Assembly: GCA_965261685.1 (NCBI GenBank)
Contig: CBDHDI010000027.1
Span: 344,808-408,807, forward strand
Source of the DNA: Dehalococcoidia bacterium
Lineage (GTDB): Bacteria; Chloroflexota; Dehalococcoidia; UBA2979
Direction of reading: 5' to 3'
Length of the DNA: 64,000 bases
Shown here one piece after another: positions 20,492 through 29,337 of this stretch (position 1 is the stretch's first letter; each line of letters begins with the position of its first letter). The notes beneath the pieces were generated by a model. That model had not been told where the DNA came from. It saw only the letters and a program-made list of their open reading frames with translations, and made no database searches. Made by a program: the position numbers and the translations under genes.

Positions 20492-21325
20492 TCAGACGGG
20501 CGTCTTCGCCGCGAGGTCGAAGGCGTCGAGGAGATCGCGGGTGGTTGCCTCGACGGCATCCCGTCGCTCGGGGTGGGTGATCGCGTAGAGCTGGTTCTCG
20601 CGGATCGCGTGCAGGGTGCGGCGCCCGACCTCGAGCGGGTCGATCACGCGGCCGTCGAGGCCGCTCGGCCGCTGGTATGTCTCGGGTCCGCCGCGCTCGG
20701 CCGGGCGGTTCCGGCCCGCCTGCCACATGCGAGTGGCGACCGCGCCGGGGCAGAGCACGGTGACGCCGATCCCGCTCCCGGCCAGTTCGTTGCGCAGGTC
20801 CCGGCTCATGCCCACGATCGCGAGCTGCGAAGCGCGGTAGGCGGCGATCTCCCACCTTCCGCCCGCAAGCAGCCCGGCGATGGAGGAGGCGTTGACCACG
20901 TGCGCCTCGCCACCCTCGGCGCCGATCCGGGCGAGCATCCGCGGCACGAAGGCGTGGACCGCGTGCACGAGGCCGAGGACGTTGACGTCAAGCACCCAGC
21001 GCCAGTTGTCGAGGCTCTCCGGTCCGATCGGCGTCGGGCCGACCACGCCGGCGTGGTTGCAGAGCACGTCGACGCCGCCGTAGCGCTCGTCGCAGCGCTC
21101 GGCCAACGCCTCGACGGCTGCCACGTCGCTCACATCGACGGTCTCGGCGCTCGCCTCGGCGCCCGAGGCGACGAGCTCCGCGGCCACCGCCTCGGCGGCG
21201 CCGGACTCGACATCGGCGACCACGACGCGCATGCCCTCGCCGGCGAGCGTGAGCGCGATCGCGCGGCCGATGCCGCCGCCTCCGCCGGTGATGAGCGCGA
21301 CCCGGCCGTCCAGTTCCTGCATCAC
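20492..21325 (-). CDS. SDR-family NAD(P)-dependent oxidoreductase (paralogue C)
   Basis: Same motifs and high identity to A and B. Confidence 0.85.
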   Translation of the reverse strand: MMQELDGRVALITGGGGGIGRAIALTLAGEGMRVVVADVESGAAEAVAAELVASGAEASAETVDVSDVAAVEALAERCDERYGGVDVLCNHAGVVGPTPIGPESLDNWRWVLDVNVLGLVHAVHAFVPRMLARIGAEGGEAHVVNASSIAGLLAGGRWEIAAYRASQLAIVGMSRDLRNELAGSGIGVTVLCPGAVATRMWQAGRNRPAERGGPETYQRPSGLDGRVIDPLEVGRRTLHAIRENQLYAITHPERRDAVEATTRDLLDAFDLAAKTPV

Positions 21326-21393
21326 ACACCTCCGCGCTCAGCGCCTCAGGAGCACGCTGGCGCAGCCGGTCGACTTCCCTGCCGTTGCTGCGT

Positions 21394-21903
21394 TCAGGAA
21401 GTGATGAGTATCCCGCCAAACAGGCAGGAGCCTGTGACAGTGAGCCTGGCTCGTGGGTCGGAGGGCTCCGCCCGTCTGGATTCAATGCTTCCGAAGGTGG
21501 CGGAGGAGCGCACATCGACCGCCCAGTCGGGCGGAACGCGGAGGTTGATCTGGCCGAACAGCGCGCTGGCGTTGACTGCGGCCACACCGTCAATGGGAGC
21601 CGCAGCGCGGAGATCAATCTCGGCGTTGCCGAAGGTGGCGGAGACGTTGCCGCCACGGAAGTGCTCGCTGGCGGAGATCTGGTTGCTACTGGAGAAGAGG
21701 CAGGCGACGTTGAGCTCGTCGTCCGCCTCAGGAGCTCTGTTGGCGCCGAAGGGCGAGTAACCGACGATGATGGCCGCACCGATGGCGATGAGCGCTACTG
21801 GCCAGAGAGATGACCCGTCGAGTCCGAGAATGCCCAGGTTGTACAGCAGAAATGCGGCCGCTACGGCAATAATCGGCAGGCCGCCCTTCCAATTGCCGCT
21901 CAA
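21394..21903 (-). CDS. LiaF-like (DUF2154-type) membrane protein, TTG start
   Basis: Two N-terminal TM helices (SLWPVALIAIGAAIIV) plus beta-rich C-terminal domain, resembling the 5968-6534 product. Confidence 0.5.
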   Translation of the reverse strand: MSGNWKGGLPIIAVAAAFLLYNLGILGLDGSSLWPVALIAIGAAIIVGYSPFGANRAPEADDELNVACLFSSSNQISASEHFRGGNVSATFGNAEIDLRAAAPIDGVAAVNASALFGQINLRVPPDWAVDVRSSATFGSIESRRAEPSDPRARLTVTGSCLFGGILITS

Positions 21904-21931
21904 GGCGGTGGAGAGGCCGGCGACTGTCGTT

Positions 21932-23545
21932 GAGCAGCGATTCGGTCAGTAGTTAACGGAGCAGCGATTCTGTCAGTCCCCAGCCAGCGAGCAGGGGGTG
22001 ACAGGTGCAGCAGTCCGAAGAAGCACGACGCTACGTACTCGAAGGGGTGATGGCCGGAGATCTGCGGGCCTCGCAGGCCGCCGAGATCCTGGGCATCAGC
22101 GAGCGACACGCGTGGCGGCTCCTCGCCGCCTACCGTGCGCGCGGAACCGCCGCGTTGGAGCACGGCAACCGCGGGCGCCGTCCGCACAACGCCGTCCCGG
22201 CCGCCGTCGCCGCGGCCGTGGTGCGCTTCGCCAGCACCCGCTACCCGGGAGCGAACCACACCCACCTCGCCGAGTTGCTCTGGGAGCACGAGGACCTGGA
22301 CGTGAGCAGTTGGACCGTCCGCCGGATCCTGGCGCGGGCCGGCATCGCGAGTCCCCGCCGCCGCCGGCCCCCCGAGCACCGTGTCCGGCGTGAGCGGATG
22401 CCCCGCGAGGGGATGCTGCTCCAGGTCGACGGCAGCCACCACGCCTGGCTCGAGCAACGCGGTCCGCGCTTCGCCTTGCTGCTCGCCGTCGACGATGCGA
22501 CCGGCGCAGCCGTGCACGCCCTCTTCCGCCCCGTCGAGGACGCGCGCGGCTACTTCCTCCTGCTGGAGGAGATCGTCCGGCTCTGCGGCATCCCGCTCGC
22601 CCTCTACAGCGACCGCCACGGCGTCTTCAAAGCCTCCTCCGACGGACGGCGGGGCCTGAAGGTCGCAACCCAATTCGCACGGGCGATGCGGGAACTCGGG
22701 ATCACCCAGATCTTCGCCCGCTCACCGCAGGCGAAGGGCCGCGTGGAACGTGCCGCAGGGACGTTCCAGGACCGGTTGGTGACCGAACTCAGCGACGCCT
22801 CGGCTTCCACCATCGCCGAGGCCCAGACCGTGCTCGAGCGCTTCCTGCCGCGCTTCAACGCCCGCTTCCGGGTCCCTGCGGCAGAGCCCGCGGTGGCCTA
22901 CCGCCCGCTCGACCCCGCGCTCCCGCTCGCCTCCATCCTCGGCTTCCGGCACCCCCGCAGCGTCGCCCGCGACAACACGGTCAAGTATCGCTGGCGCACG
23001 CTCCAGCTGCTGCCCGGGCGCGAGCGGACCAGCTACGCCGGGGCACGGGTCGAGGTGCTGGAACGGCCGGGCGGCGAGCTCTCCGTCCTGCACCAGGGGG
23101 AGACGATCGCCTCGCGCGAGGCGCCGCCGCGCGCCGGGGTGTTGAGGGCGGCGCGCTCCGAGCTGGCCCGGAACCCCGACCACGAGCGCATCGCCTCAGG
23201 GCTCGGTTCCGGAGGAGCACCCCGGCGGCTCCCCGTGGCGCCTGCCGTCCCGGCGGCGGAGGGTGCGCCCAACGGGGCCGCCGTGAAGCCCGCGCCCGGG
23301 AGCAAGCAGCTCCGCCCACCCACGCCCCGACAGCGCGCCCGCTGGAAGGCGATCCAGCAGGCGCGGCTACAGGGACTCTCGATGCGGGCAACCGCCAGGC
23401 TGCTCGGGATCTCCCGCGACACCGTCAGCAGCTACGTCCGGGCCAACGGCGTGCCTGGACGCCAGACCGGCACCGCGGCATCCTCCGACGGAGACGGCGG
23501 GACTGACAAAGTCGCTGCTCTCTTGCACTGACGAAATCGCTGCTC
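21932..23545 (+). mobile_element. insertion sequence (about 1.6 kb) carrying one DDE transposase; each end has two copies of an 18-bp terminal inverted repeat (gagcagcgattcKgtcag)
   Basis: Left end 21932-21976 (gagcagcgattcggtcag...gagcagcgattctgtcag); right end 23503-23545 is the reverse complement (ctgacaaagtcgctgctc...ctgacgaaatcgctgctc). Confidence 0.75.
22005..23531 (+). CDS. DDE transposase (rve/integrase-core, IS481/ISNCY-like) with N-terminal and extra C-terminal HTH
   Basis: HTH (ILGISERHAWRLL), integrase core with DDE-type pattern, stop inside the right inverted repeat. Confidence 0.8.
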   Translation: MQQSEEARRYVLEGVMAGDLRASQAAEILGISERHAWRLLAAYRARGTAALEHGNRGRRPHNAVPAAVAAAVVRFASTRYPGANHTHLAELLWEHEDLDVSSWTVRRILARAGIASPRRRRPPEHRVRRERMPREGMLLQVDGSHHAWLEQRGPRFALLLAVDDATGAAVHALFRPVEDARGYFLLLEEIVRLCGIPLALYSDRHGVFKASSDGRRGLKVATQFARAMRELGITQIFARSPQAKGRVERAAGTFQDRLVTELSDASASTIAEAQTVLERFLPRFNARFRVPAAEPAVAYRPLDPALPLASILGFRHPRSVARDNTVKYRWRTLQLLPGRERTSYAGARVEVLERPGGELSVLHQGETIASREAPPRAGVLRAARSELARNPDHERIASGLGSGGAPRRLPVAPAVPAAEGAPNGAAVKPAPGSKQLRPPTPRQRARWKAIQQARLQGLSMRATARLLGISRDTVSSYVRANGVPGRQTGTAASSDGDGGTDKVAALLH

Positions 23546-23718
23546 GTCGACACGGCGACCGCAAGGAATAGTGGCCACCACTGCCCCAGCGGCAATTCGA
23601 CGCTGCTTACGAGTGGCACCAGGAACAGTGCCCCCAACACGATGAGCGCAACCCCGGCAAGTCTGTTGTTGGCCATGGCAGAGTGCCTCCGCATTCCGAG
23701 GTGCCCGTAACCAAGCAT
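23546..23718 (-). pseudogene. N-terminal fragment (2 TM helices) of a LiaF-like gene, truncated by the IS insertion
   Basis: ANNRLAGVALIVLGALFLVPLV...QWWPLFLAVAV matches the N-termini of the LiaF-like genes, then the reading frame runs into the IS right inverted repeat. Confidence 0.5.
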
Positions 23719-23784
23719 AGCCCAGAGGCTGAAGACGCCGGGTTGCCTGCATGGACGCGGACCGTGCGTGACCCGCGACGCGGG

Positions 23785-24624
23785 TCAGACGGGGGTGTTC
23801 GCCGCCAGGTCGAAGGCGTCGAGCAGTTCCTCGGCGCCCGCCTCCACCTGGTGCTTTCGCTCCGGGTGGGTGATCGCGTAGAGCTCGTTCTCGCGGATCG
23901 CATGCAGCACGCGACGTCCGACCTCGAGCGGGCCGATCACGCGCTCGCCCTCGAGGCGGCCCGGCCGCTCCCATGTCTGCGGCCCGCCGTGCTCGGCCGG
24001 CCGGTTGCGCCCGGCCTGCCAGATGCGCGTCTCGACGCCGCCGGGGCAGAGCACCGAGACGCCGATGCCACTCCCGGCCAGCTCGGCGCGGAGGTCCCGG
24101 CTCATCGCCACGATCGCGAACTTCGAGGCGCGGTAGGCGGTGATCTCCCATCCACCGCCCGCAAGCAGGCCGCCGCCGAGGGACGAGGTGTTGACCACGT
24201 GCGCCTCGCCGCCGCTCTCGGCCACCCGGGCGCGCATCCGCGGCACGAAGGTGTTGATCGCGTGCACGACGCCGAAGAGGTTGACGTCGAGGATCCAGCG
24301 CCAGCTATCGAGGCTCTCCGGTCCGATCGGCGTGTGGCCAACCACGCCCGCGTTGTTGCAGAGCACGTCGACGCCGCCGTAGCGTTCGTCGCAGCGGTCG
24401 GCGAGCGCCTCGACGGCCGCGACATCGCTCACGTCGACGGTCTCGGCGATCGCCTCACCGCCCGCGGCGGTAGTCTCCGCCGCCACCGCCTCGGCGGCGT
24501 CCGACTCGACATCGGCGACCACGACGCGCATGCCCTCGCCGGCGAGTGCGAGCAGGATCCCGCGGCCGATGCCGCTGCCGCCCCCGCTGACCAGCGCCAC
24601 GCGACCCTCGAGCTCCCGCATCAT
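23785..24624 (-). CDS. SDR-family NAD(P)-dependent oxidoreductase (paralogue D)
   Basis: Same motifs and high identity to A-C. Confidence 0.85.
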   Translation of the reverse strand: MMRELEGRVALVSGGGSGIGRGILLALAGEGMRVVVADVESDAAEAVAAETTAAGGEAIAETVDVSDVAAVEALADRCDERYGGVDVLCNNAGVVGHTPIGPESLDSWRWILDVNLFGVVHAINTFVPRMRARVAESGGEAHVVNTSSLGGGLLAGGGWEITAYRASKFAIVAMSRDLRAELAGSGIGVSVLCPGGVETRIWQAGRNRPAEHGGPQTWERPGRLEGERVIGPLEVGRRVLHAIRENELYAITHPERKHQVEAGAEELLDAFDLAANTPV

Positions 24625-24814
24625 GCACCTCCTCGCGCAGAACCAGCGGAGGCACTATACGAGGCGTGGCGAGGCCGGGGACGGCGGGCTGCGGGCGAGC
24701 CGTCGGCCCGCAGCCCGCGAGCAGCGCTTGCCTCCGCCCCGGGGCGCCCTCGCTGACAGGACATGGGCCGGGGAGTAATAAACCGAGTGGTTATTAAACC
24801 GGATGGTGTAGCAC

Positions 24815-25201
24815 ATGCCGACCGCCACAACCCATCGAGACCCGCTCAGCGTCACCTTCGCGGCGCTTGCCGACCCGACGCGGCGCGCGATCCTCGCTCG
24901 GCTGGTCGAGGGGGAGGCGCCCGTAACCGAACTCGCGAGGCCGTTCGAGATCAGCTTGCCGGCGGTGTCAAAGCACCTCAAGGTACTTGAGCGTGCGGGC
25001 CTGATTGAGCGCAGCCGCCACGCCCAGTGGCGTCCCTGCCGGCTTGAGGCGGCCCCGCTCAGGGAGGTGGCCGACTGGGTGACACGCTACCGCCGATTCT
25101 GGCAAGAGGGCTTCGATCGCCTCGACGATTACCTCACCGAGATGCAGCAGGAGCCGGCGCAAGGCCGACGGCAGACGGAGCACGATGACGGCAAGCGATA
25201 G
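24815..25201 (+). CDS. ArsR/SmtB-family transcriptional regulator
   Basis: wHTH (ADPTRRAILARL...ELARPFEISLPAVSKHLKVLERAGLI). Confidence 0.85.
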   Translation: MPTATTHRDPLSVTFAALADPTRRAILARLVEGEAPVTELARPFEISLPAVSKHLKVLERAGLIERSRHAQWRPCRLEAAPLREVADWVTRYRRFWQEGFDRLDDYLTEMQQEPAQGRRQTEHDDGKR

Positions 25202-25694
25202 CAGCGGCGCGAGCACAGAGGCGCAGGCCGTCACGATCGAGCGCGTCTTCGACGCCCCGCGCGAGGTCGTCTGGCGGGCCTTCACGGAGCCCGAGCACTT
25301 CATGCGCTGGTATGGGCCACAGGGCGTGGCCATGTCCGCTTGCGAGATTGACCTCCGGGTGGGCGGCCGCCACCTCTTCGGCTTGCGCATGCCCGATGGC
25401 CGGGACTACTGGACCAGCGGCGTCTACCTCGAGATCGTGCCGCTCGAGCGCTTCGTCTGCACGGACTCGATGACGGACGAGCACGGCAACATCGTTAGCC
25501 CGGCGCACTACGGGATGGGCGGGGACACCCCGATCGAGACGACGGTCACCGTCTCGCTCGATGACCTCGGCGACGGCAAGACGATGGTCACGCTCAGCCA
25601 GGCGGGGTGGCCGGACCCGAACATGGCAGCCGGCGCCGGCGGCGGCTGGAATCAGGCCTTCGACAAGCTCGCGGAGCTGCTCGCGGCTGCCTGA
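25185..25694 (+). CDS. SRPBCC/Aha1-domain protein
   Basis: Aha1-like pattern (RVFDAPREVVWRAFTEPEHFMRWYGP); typical ArsR partner. Confidence 0.75.
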   Translation: MTASDSSGASTEAQAVTIERVFDAPREVVWRAFTEPEHFMRWYGPQGVAMSACEIDLRVGGRHLFGLRMPDGRDYWTSGVYLEIVPLERFVCTDSMTDEHGNIVSPAHYGMGGDTPIETTVTVSLDDLGDGKTMVTLSQAGWPDPNMAAGAGGGWNQAFDKLAELLAAA

Positions 25695-25705
25695 GGCGCG
25701 CCCCG

Positions 25706-28015
25706 CTAGCCGCCGCTCCGCACCGCGCGCGCGGCCTCGACCATGTGCTCGAGGGCGGGGACGACCTCGTCGTAGCGGCGGGTCTTGAGGCCGCAGTCGG
25801 GGTTCACCCAGAGGCGATCGGGGTCGAGCACGGACGCGGCGTCGCGCAGGCTGCTCGCCATCTCCGCCGTCGAGGGCACGCGCGGCGAGTGGATGTCGTA
25901 GACGCCGAGGCCGACTTCCTTGTCATAACCGTGGTCACGGAACGCATCGAGGCCCTCGGCGTCGGAGCGGGCGTTGAAGAGCAGCATCACGTCGGCCTCC
26001 ATGTCGGAGACCGCGTCCAGCACGTCGCGCAGCGGCACGTAGCACATGTGCGACTGGATCTGCGTCGTGTCGGCGGCCCCGGCGGTGGCGAGGCGGAAGC
26101 AGGGGACCGACCAGCCGAGGTAGGCGGGCCAGTCCGCGCGCCGTAGCGGGACGCCCTCGCGCAGCGCCGGTTCGTCCACCTGGATGACGGCGATGCCGGC
26201 CGCCTCGAGGTCGGCGACCTCCTCGCGGATGGCGAGCGCGATCTGGCGGCAGGTCTCGCTGCGCGGCTGGTCGTCGCGCACGAACGACCAGTTGAGGATC
26301 GTGACCGGTCCGGTCAGCATGCCCTTCACCGGGCGGTCCGTCAGCGACTGCGCGTAGGCGGACCAGCGCACGGTCATCGGGCCGGGCCGCGCCACGTCGC
26401 CGTAGATGATCGGCGGCTTCACGTTGCGCGAGCCGTAGGACTGCACCCAGCCGAAGCGCGTGAAGGCGAAGCCGGCGAGCTGTTCGCCGAAGTACTCGAC
26501 CATGTCGTTGCGCTCGGACTCGCCGTGCACGAGCAGGTCGAGGCCGGTCTCCTCCTGCAGCCGGATCACGCGCTCGATCTCGGCCTCGATGAAGGTCTCG
26601 TACTCCGCGTCGTTGATCTCGCCGCTGTTGCGGCGGCGGCGGGCGCGGCGGATCTCGGGCGTCTGCGGGAACGAGCCGATCGTCGTCGTCGGGAACTCCG
26701 GCAGCCGCAGCCGCTCGCGCTGGGCCTGGCGGCGCTCCTCGACGGAGCCGTCGCGGCTGTAGTCGGCCTCCGAGGTGGCGGCGACGCGCTCCCGCACGTC
26801 CGGGTCGTGCGTGCGCGGCGAGCTGCGGCGCGACTCGAGGGCGGCGCGGTTGGCGGCCAGTTCGCCGGCCGCGGCGCCGGGGTTGCCGAAGGAGCGAGCC
26901 AGCGTGGCGACCTCGTCGACCTTCTGGTTGGCGAAGGCGAGCCAGGAGCGCAACTCGGGGTCGAGCCTGGTCTCCAGCTCGAGCTCGAGCGGGACGTGCA
27001 GCAGCGAGCACGAGGTGCCCGCGATCACGCGGTCGTCGCCGACGGCCGCGCCGACCTCGCGCAGCGTCGCGAGCGAGGCGTCGAGGTCGTTGATCCAGAC
27101 GTTGCGCCCGTCCACGACGCCCGCGACGACGTGCTTGCCGCCGGGCAGCCCGTGGCGTTGCAGCAGCCCGAGGTTGCGCCCGCCTCGCACGAGGTCGAGG
27201 CCGATCGCGGCGACGGGCAGCGCGACCAGCGCGCCGAACGACTCGTCCACGTCGCCGAAGTAGGTCTGCACCAGCAGCTTCGTCCCGCCCGCGGCTCCCG
27301 CAAGGCGGTCGTACGCCATCGCGAGGGCGGCGAGGTCCTCGGGCGAGCGGTCCTGCACCAGCACCGGCTCGTCGAGCTGCACCCACTGCGCGCCGGCGTC
27401 ACGCAGCAGCGCGATCACCTGCTCGTAGACGTCGAGCAGGGCGGGCAGCAGCGAGAGCCGGTCGAAGCCGGGATCCTGGTGGCCGTCGCTGCCGACGCCC
27501 TTGCCGAGCAGCAGCAGCGAGAGCGGGCCGAGCAGCACCGGCACGGTCTCGATGCCCGCCTCGCGCGCCTCGAGGTACTCGTCGAGCGGCTTGCGCGAGG
27601 CGAGGCGGAAGCGCGTGGAGGCGCTGAGTTCGGGGACGATGTAGTGGTAGTTCGTGTCGAACCACTTGATCATCTCCATCGCGGTCACGTCGAGGCCCTC
27701 GCGCTGCGCCCCGCGCGCCATCGCGAAGTAGGTCTCCGCATCCACCTCGCCCTCGCCGCTGTCGCCGTAGCGAGGCGGGACCGCGCCGACCATCGCGATC
27801 GCGTCGAGCACGTGGTCGTAGTGGGAGAAGGTGTTCGAGGGAATGAGGTCGATGCCCGCCTCGCGCATGCGCTGCCAGCCCTCGAGGCGCAGCGCGCGCC
27901 CGGTCTCGTCGAGGGCGTCGCGGTCCACCCTGCCGTCCCAGTAGCCCTCGACGGCGCTCTTCAATTCGCGCCGCGGGCCGATGCGCGGGTAGCCGGTGAT
28001 GGCGGACAGGGTCAT
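25706..28015 (-). CDS. metE: cobalamin-independent methionine synthase
   Basis: Full-length two-domain MetE with conserved N- and C-terminal motifs. Confidence 0.95.
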   Translation of the reverse strand: MTLSAITGYPRIGPRRELKSAVEGYWDGRVDRDALDETGRALRLEGWQRMREAGIDLIPSNTFSHYDHVLDAIAMVGAVPPRYGDSGEGEVDAETYFAMARGAQREGLDVTAMEMIKWFDTNYHYIVPELSASTRFRLASRKPLDEYLEAREAGIETVPVLLGPLSLLLLGKGVGSDGHQDPGFDRLSLLPALLDVYEQVIALLRDAGAQWVQLDEPVLVQDRSPEDLAALAMAYDRLAGAAGGTKLLVQTYFGDVDESFGALVALPVAAIGLDLVRGGRNLGLLQRHGLPGGKHVVAGVVDGRNVWINDLDASLATLREVGAAVGDDRVIAGTSCSLLHVPLELELETRLDPELRSWLAFANQKVDEVATLARSFGNPGAAAGELAANRAALESRRSSPRTHDPDVRERVAATSEADYSRDGSVEERRQAQRERLRLPEFPTTTIGSFPQTPEIRRARRRRNSGEINDAEYETFIEAEIERVIRLQEETGLDLLVHGESERNDMVEYFGEQLAGFAFTRFGWVQSYGSRNVKPPIIYGDVARPGPMTVRWSAYAQSLTDRPVKGMLTGPVTILNWSFVRDDQPRSETCRQIALAIREEVADLEAAGIAVIQVDEPALREGVPLRRADWPAYLGWSVPCFRLATAGAADTTQIQSHMCYVPLRDVLDAVSDMEADVMLLFNARSDAEGLDAFRDHGYDKEVGLGVYDIHSPRVPSTAEMASSLRDAASVLDPDRLWVNPDCGLKTRRYDEVVPALEHMVEAARAVRSGG

Positions 28016-28049
28016 GCGTGGCCTCCGGGCGTCGGAGTTGGTGGGCTGC

Positions 28050-28355
28050 TCAGCCGGATCGTACCGGCCCGCTGTCGGACGGGCTATCCGCGCGCGCCGT
28101 ATCGCCCGTCGCGAGGCGCAGTTCGGCGAAGGCGAGCCACGCCTCGCCTCCGTCCGGCGGCGGCGCGAGCCGCACCCCGGCGAGCGTCACGGCGCGCCCG
28201 TCCTCGGCGAACGAGTACCCCTCGAGGAGCCGTAACGCCTCGGGCGGCCCCTTGAGCAGCACGCGCCCGGAGCCGCCCTCGTCGCGCGTCTGCTGCTGCA
28301 CCCGCACGAGGACGCGCTCTCCGCGCACGCGGATCGGGAGCACTCGGTCGATCAT
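28050..28355 (-). CDS. small hypothetical protein (101 aa) in the metE leader region
   Basis: ORF with coding-like GC3; no motif recognised; could be non-coding. Confidence 0.3.
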   Translation of the reverse strand: MIDRVLPIRVRGERVLVRVQQQTRDEGGSGRVLLKGPPEALRLLEGYSFAEDGRAVTLAGVRLAPPPDGGEAWLAFAELRLATGDTARADSPSDSGPVRSG

Positions 28356-28362
28356 GGGGGCG

Positions 28363-29337
28363 TCAGCTCTGACTCGGTATCCCGAGAGCGACGAGGAGGC
28401 GCGCCCGGAACGACTCCCAGTCCGACCCCTCGGCGGCGCTGATCTGAGCGTAGTCGAAGAACTGGGTGGTCGACGGCGACTCGCGGGTGATCCGGTCGCG
28501 ATCGAGGCCCATCAACGCGATCAGGGTCCAGCGATGTTCAAAGTGAGCCTGCCGAGCCTTGATGTGGCTCTTCTCGGCCTCGCCGACGCGGTTGTGGGCG
28601 TTGGAAATATCGCTGCCACCCTTGATCTCCATTGCAACCTTGGGCTCGCGCCCGCCCTCGATTACTTCGTAGATTCGTACGTCGGGATCACTCGAGAACT
28701 CGATAGCCACGGGGCGATCAGCTGCGTTGCGCAGGCGAAGGTGCGTCTTGGACTTAAACTCCAGGAACTCCCCGGCTATCGCGCGGATACGCTCGTGGAC
28801 GACGAGGACTGCGTCACTTCCGATCGCCACGTTTCGCTGTCCTTGGAGTGTTGGGCCGAGTGTCAGCAGCGCCAGGTCCTGGAGGTCCCGATCCGTGAAC
28901 GAGAACATCGCGTCGGCGAGTCTGCTCAAAGCGTCCGCCATGGTGCGGCAGAGTTCCGGAATCTCGGCGTCCCGGTCAGGGGTCAGGACGCCGTTGACTT
29001 CTGCGCCCTCGAAGCGCTGGTAGCCGTAGGTCTGTCGCCACGCCTTGCGCGAGATACCAAGCAGCATCCGGTAGTAGCCGATGAGCGTCGGCCTGGCGCG
29101 GATGACGCTGGGCACGGGGAACACCCGCTCGCCACGGATCCCGAGCGCGGCGAGCCGGGTCAGTGGCCCGTCCGCCACGAACTCGGCCAGTTCGCGGTCT
29201 ACGGTCCGCGCGCCTGCGGCTTCGACGGCCTCAGCAACGCCCTCCTGGAGGTACAGCGGGCGGAGCGCCAGCAGCGAGTCGAACAGATGGATCGCGATGT
29301 CTGGTTCGAGCTTCTCAAAGTTGCCCTGAGTCGTCAC
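28363..29337 (-). CDS. putative type II restriction endonuclease (324 aa), translationally coupled to the upstream methyltransferase
   Basis: GTG start overlaps MTase TGA stop (GTGA at 29334-29337); PD-(D/E)xK-like DVRIYEV...EIKGG; size and gene order resemble CCCGGG-type Cfr9I/XmaI/XcyI systems (inference). Confidence 0.55.
   Translation of the reverse strand: MTTQGNFEKLEPDIAIHLFDSLLALRPLYLQEGVAEAVEAAGARTVDRELAEFVADGPLTRLAALGIRGERVFPVPSVIRARPTLIGYYRMLLGISRKAWRQTYGYQRFEGAEVNGVLTPDRDAEIPELCRTMADALSRLADAMFSFTDRDLQDLALLTLGPTLQGQRNVAIGSDAVLVVHERIRAIAGEFLEFKSKTHLRLRNAADRPVAIEFSSDPDVRIYEVIEGGREPKVAMEIKGGSDISNAHNRVGEAEKSHIKARQAHFEHRWTLIALMGLDRDRITRESPSTTQFFDYAQISAAEGSDWESFRARLLVALGIPSQS

Noticed and set aside
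28016-28362. Cobalamin or SAM riboswitch in the metE leader
   Set aside because: Looked for the B12-box (GCCACUG-like) and S-box features in the 347-nt leader on the minus strand and found none; the region instead holds a 101-codon ORF of uncertain reality. Needs an Rfam scan to be sure.
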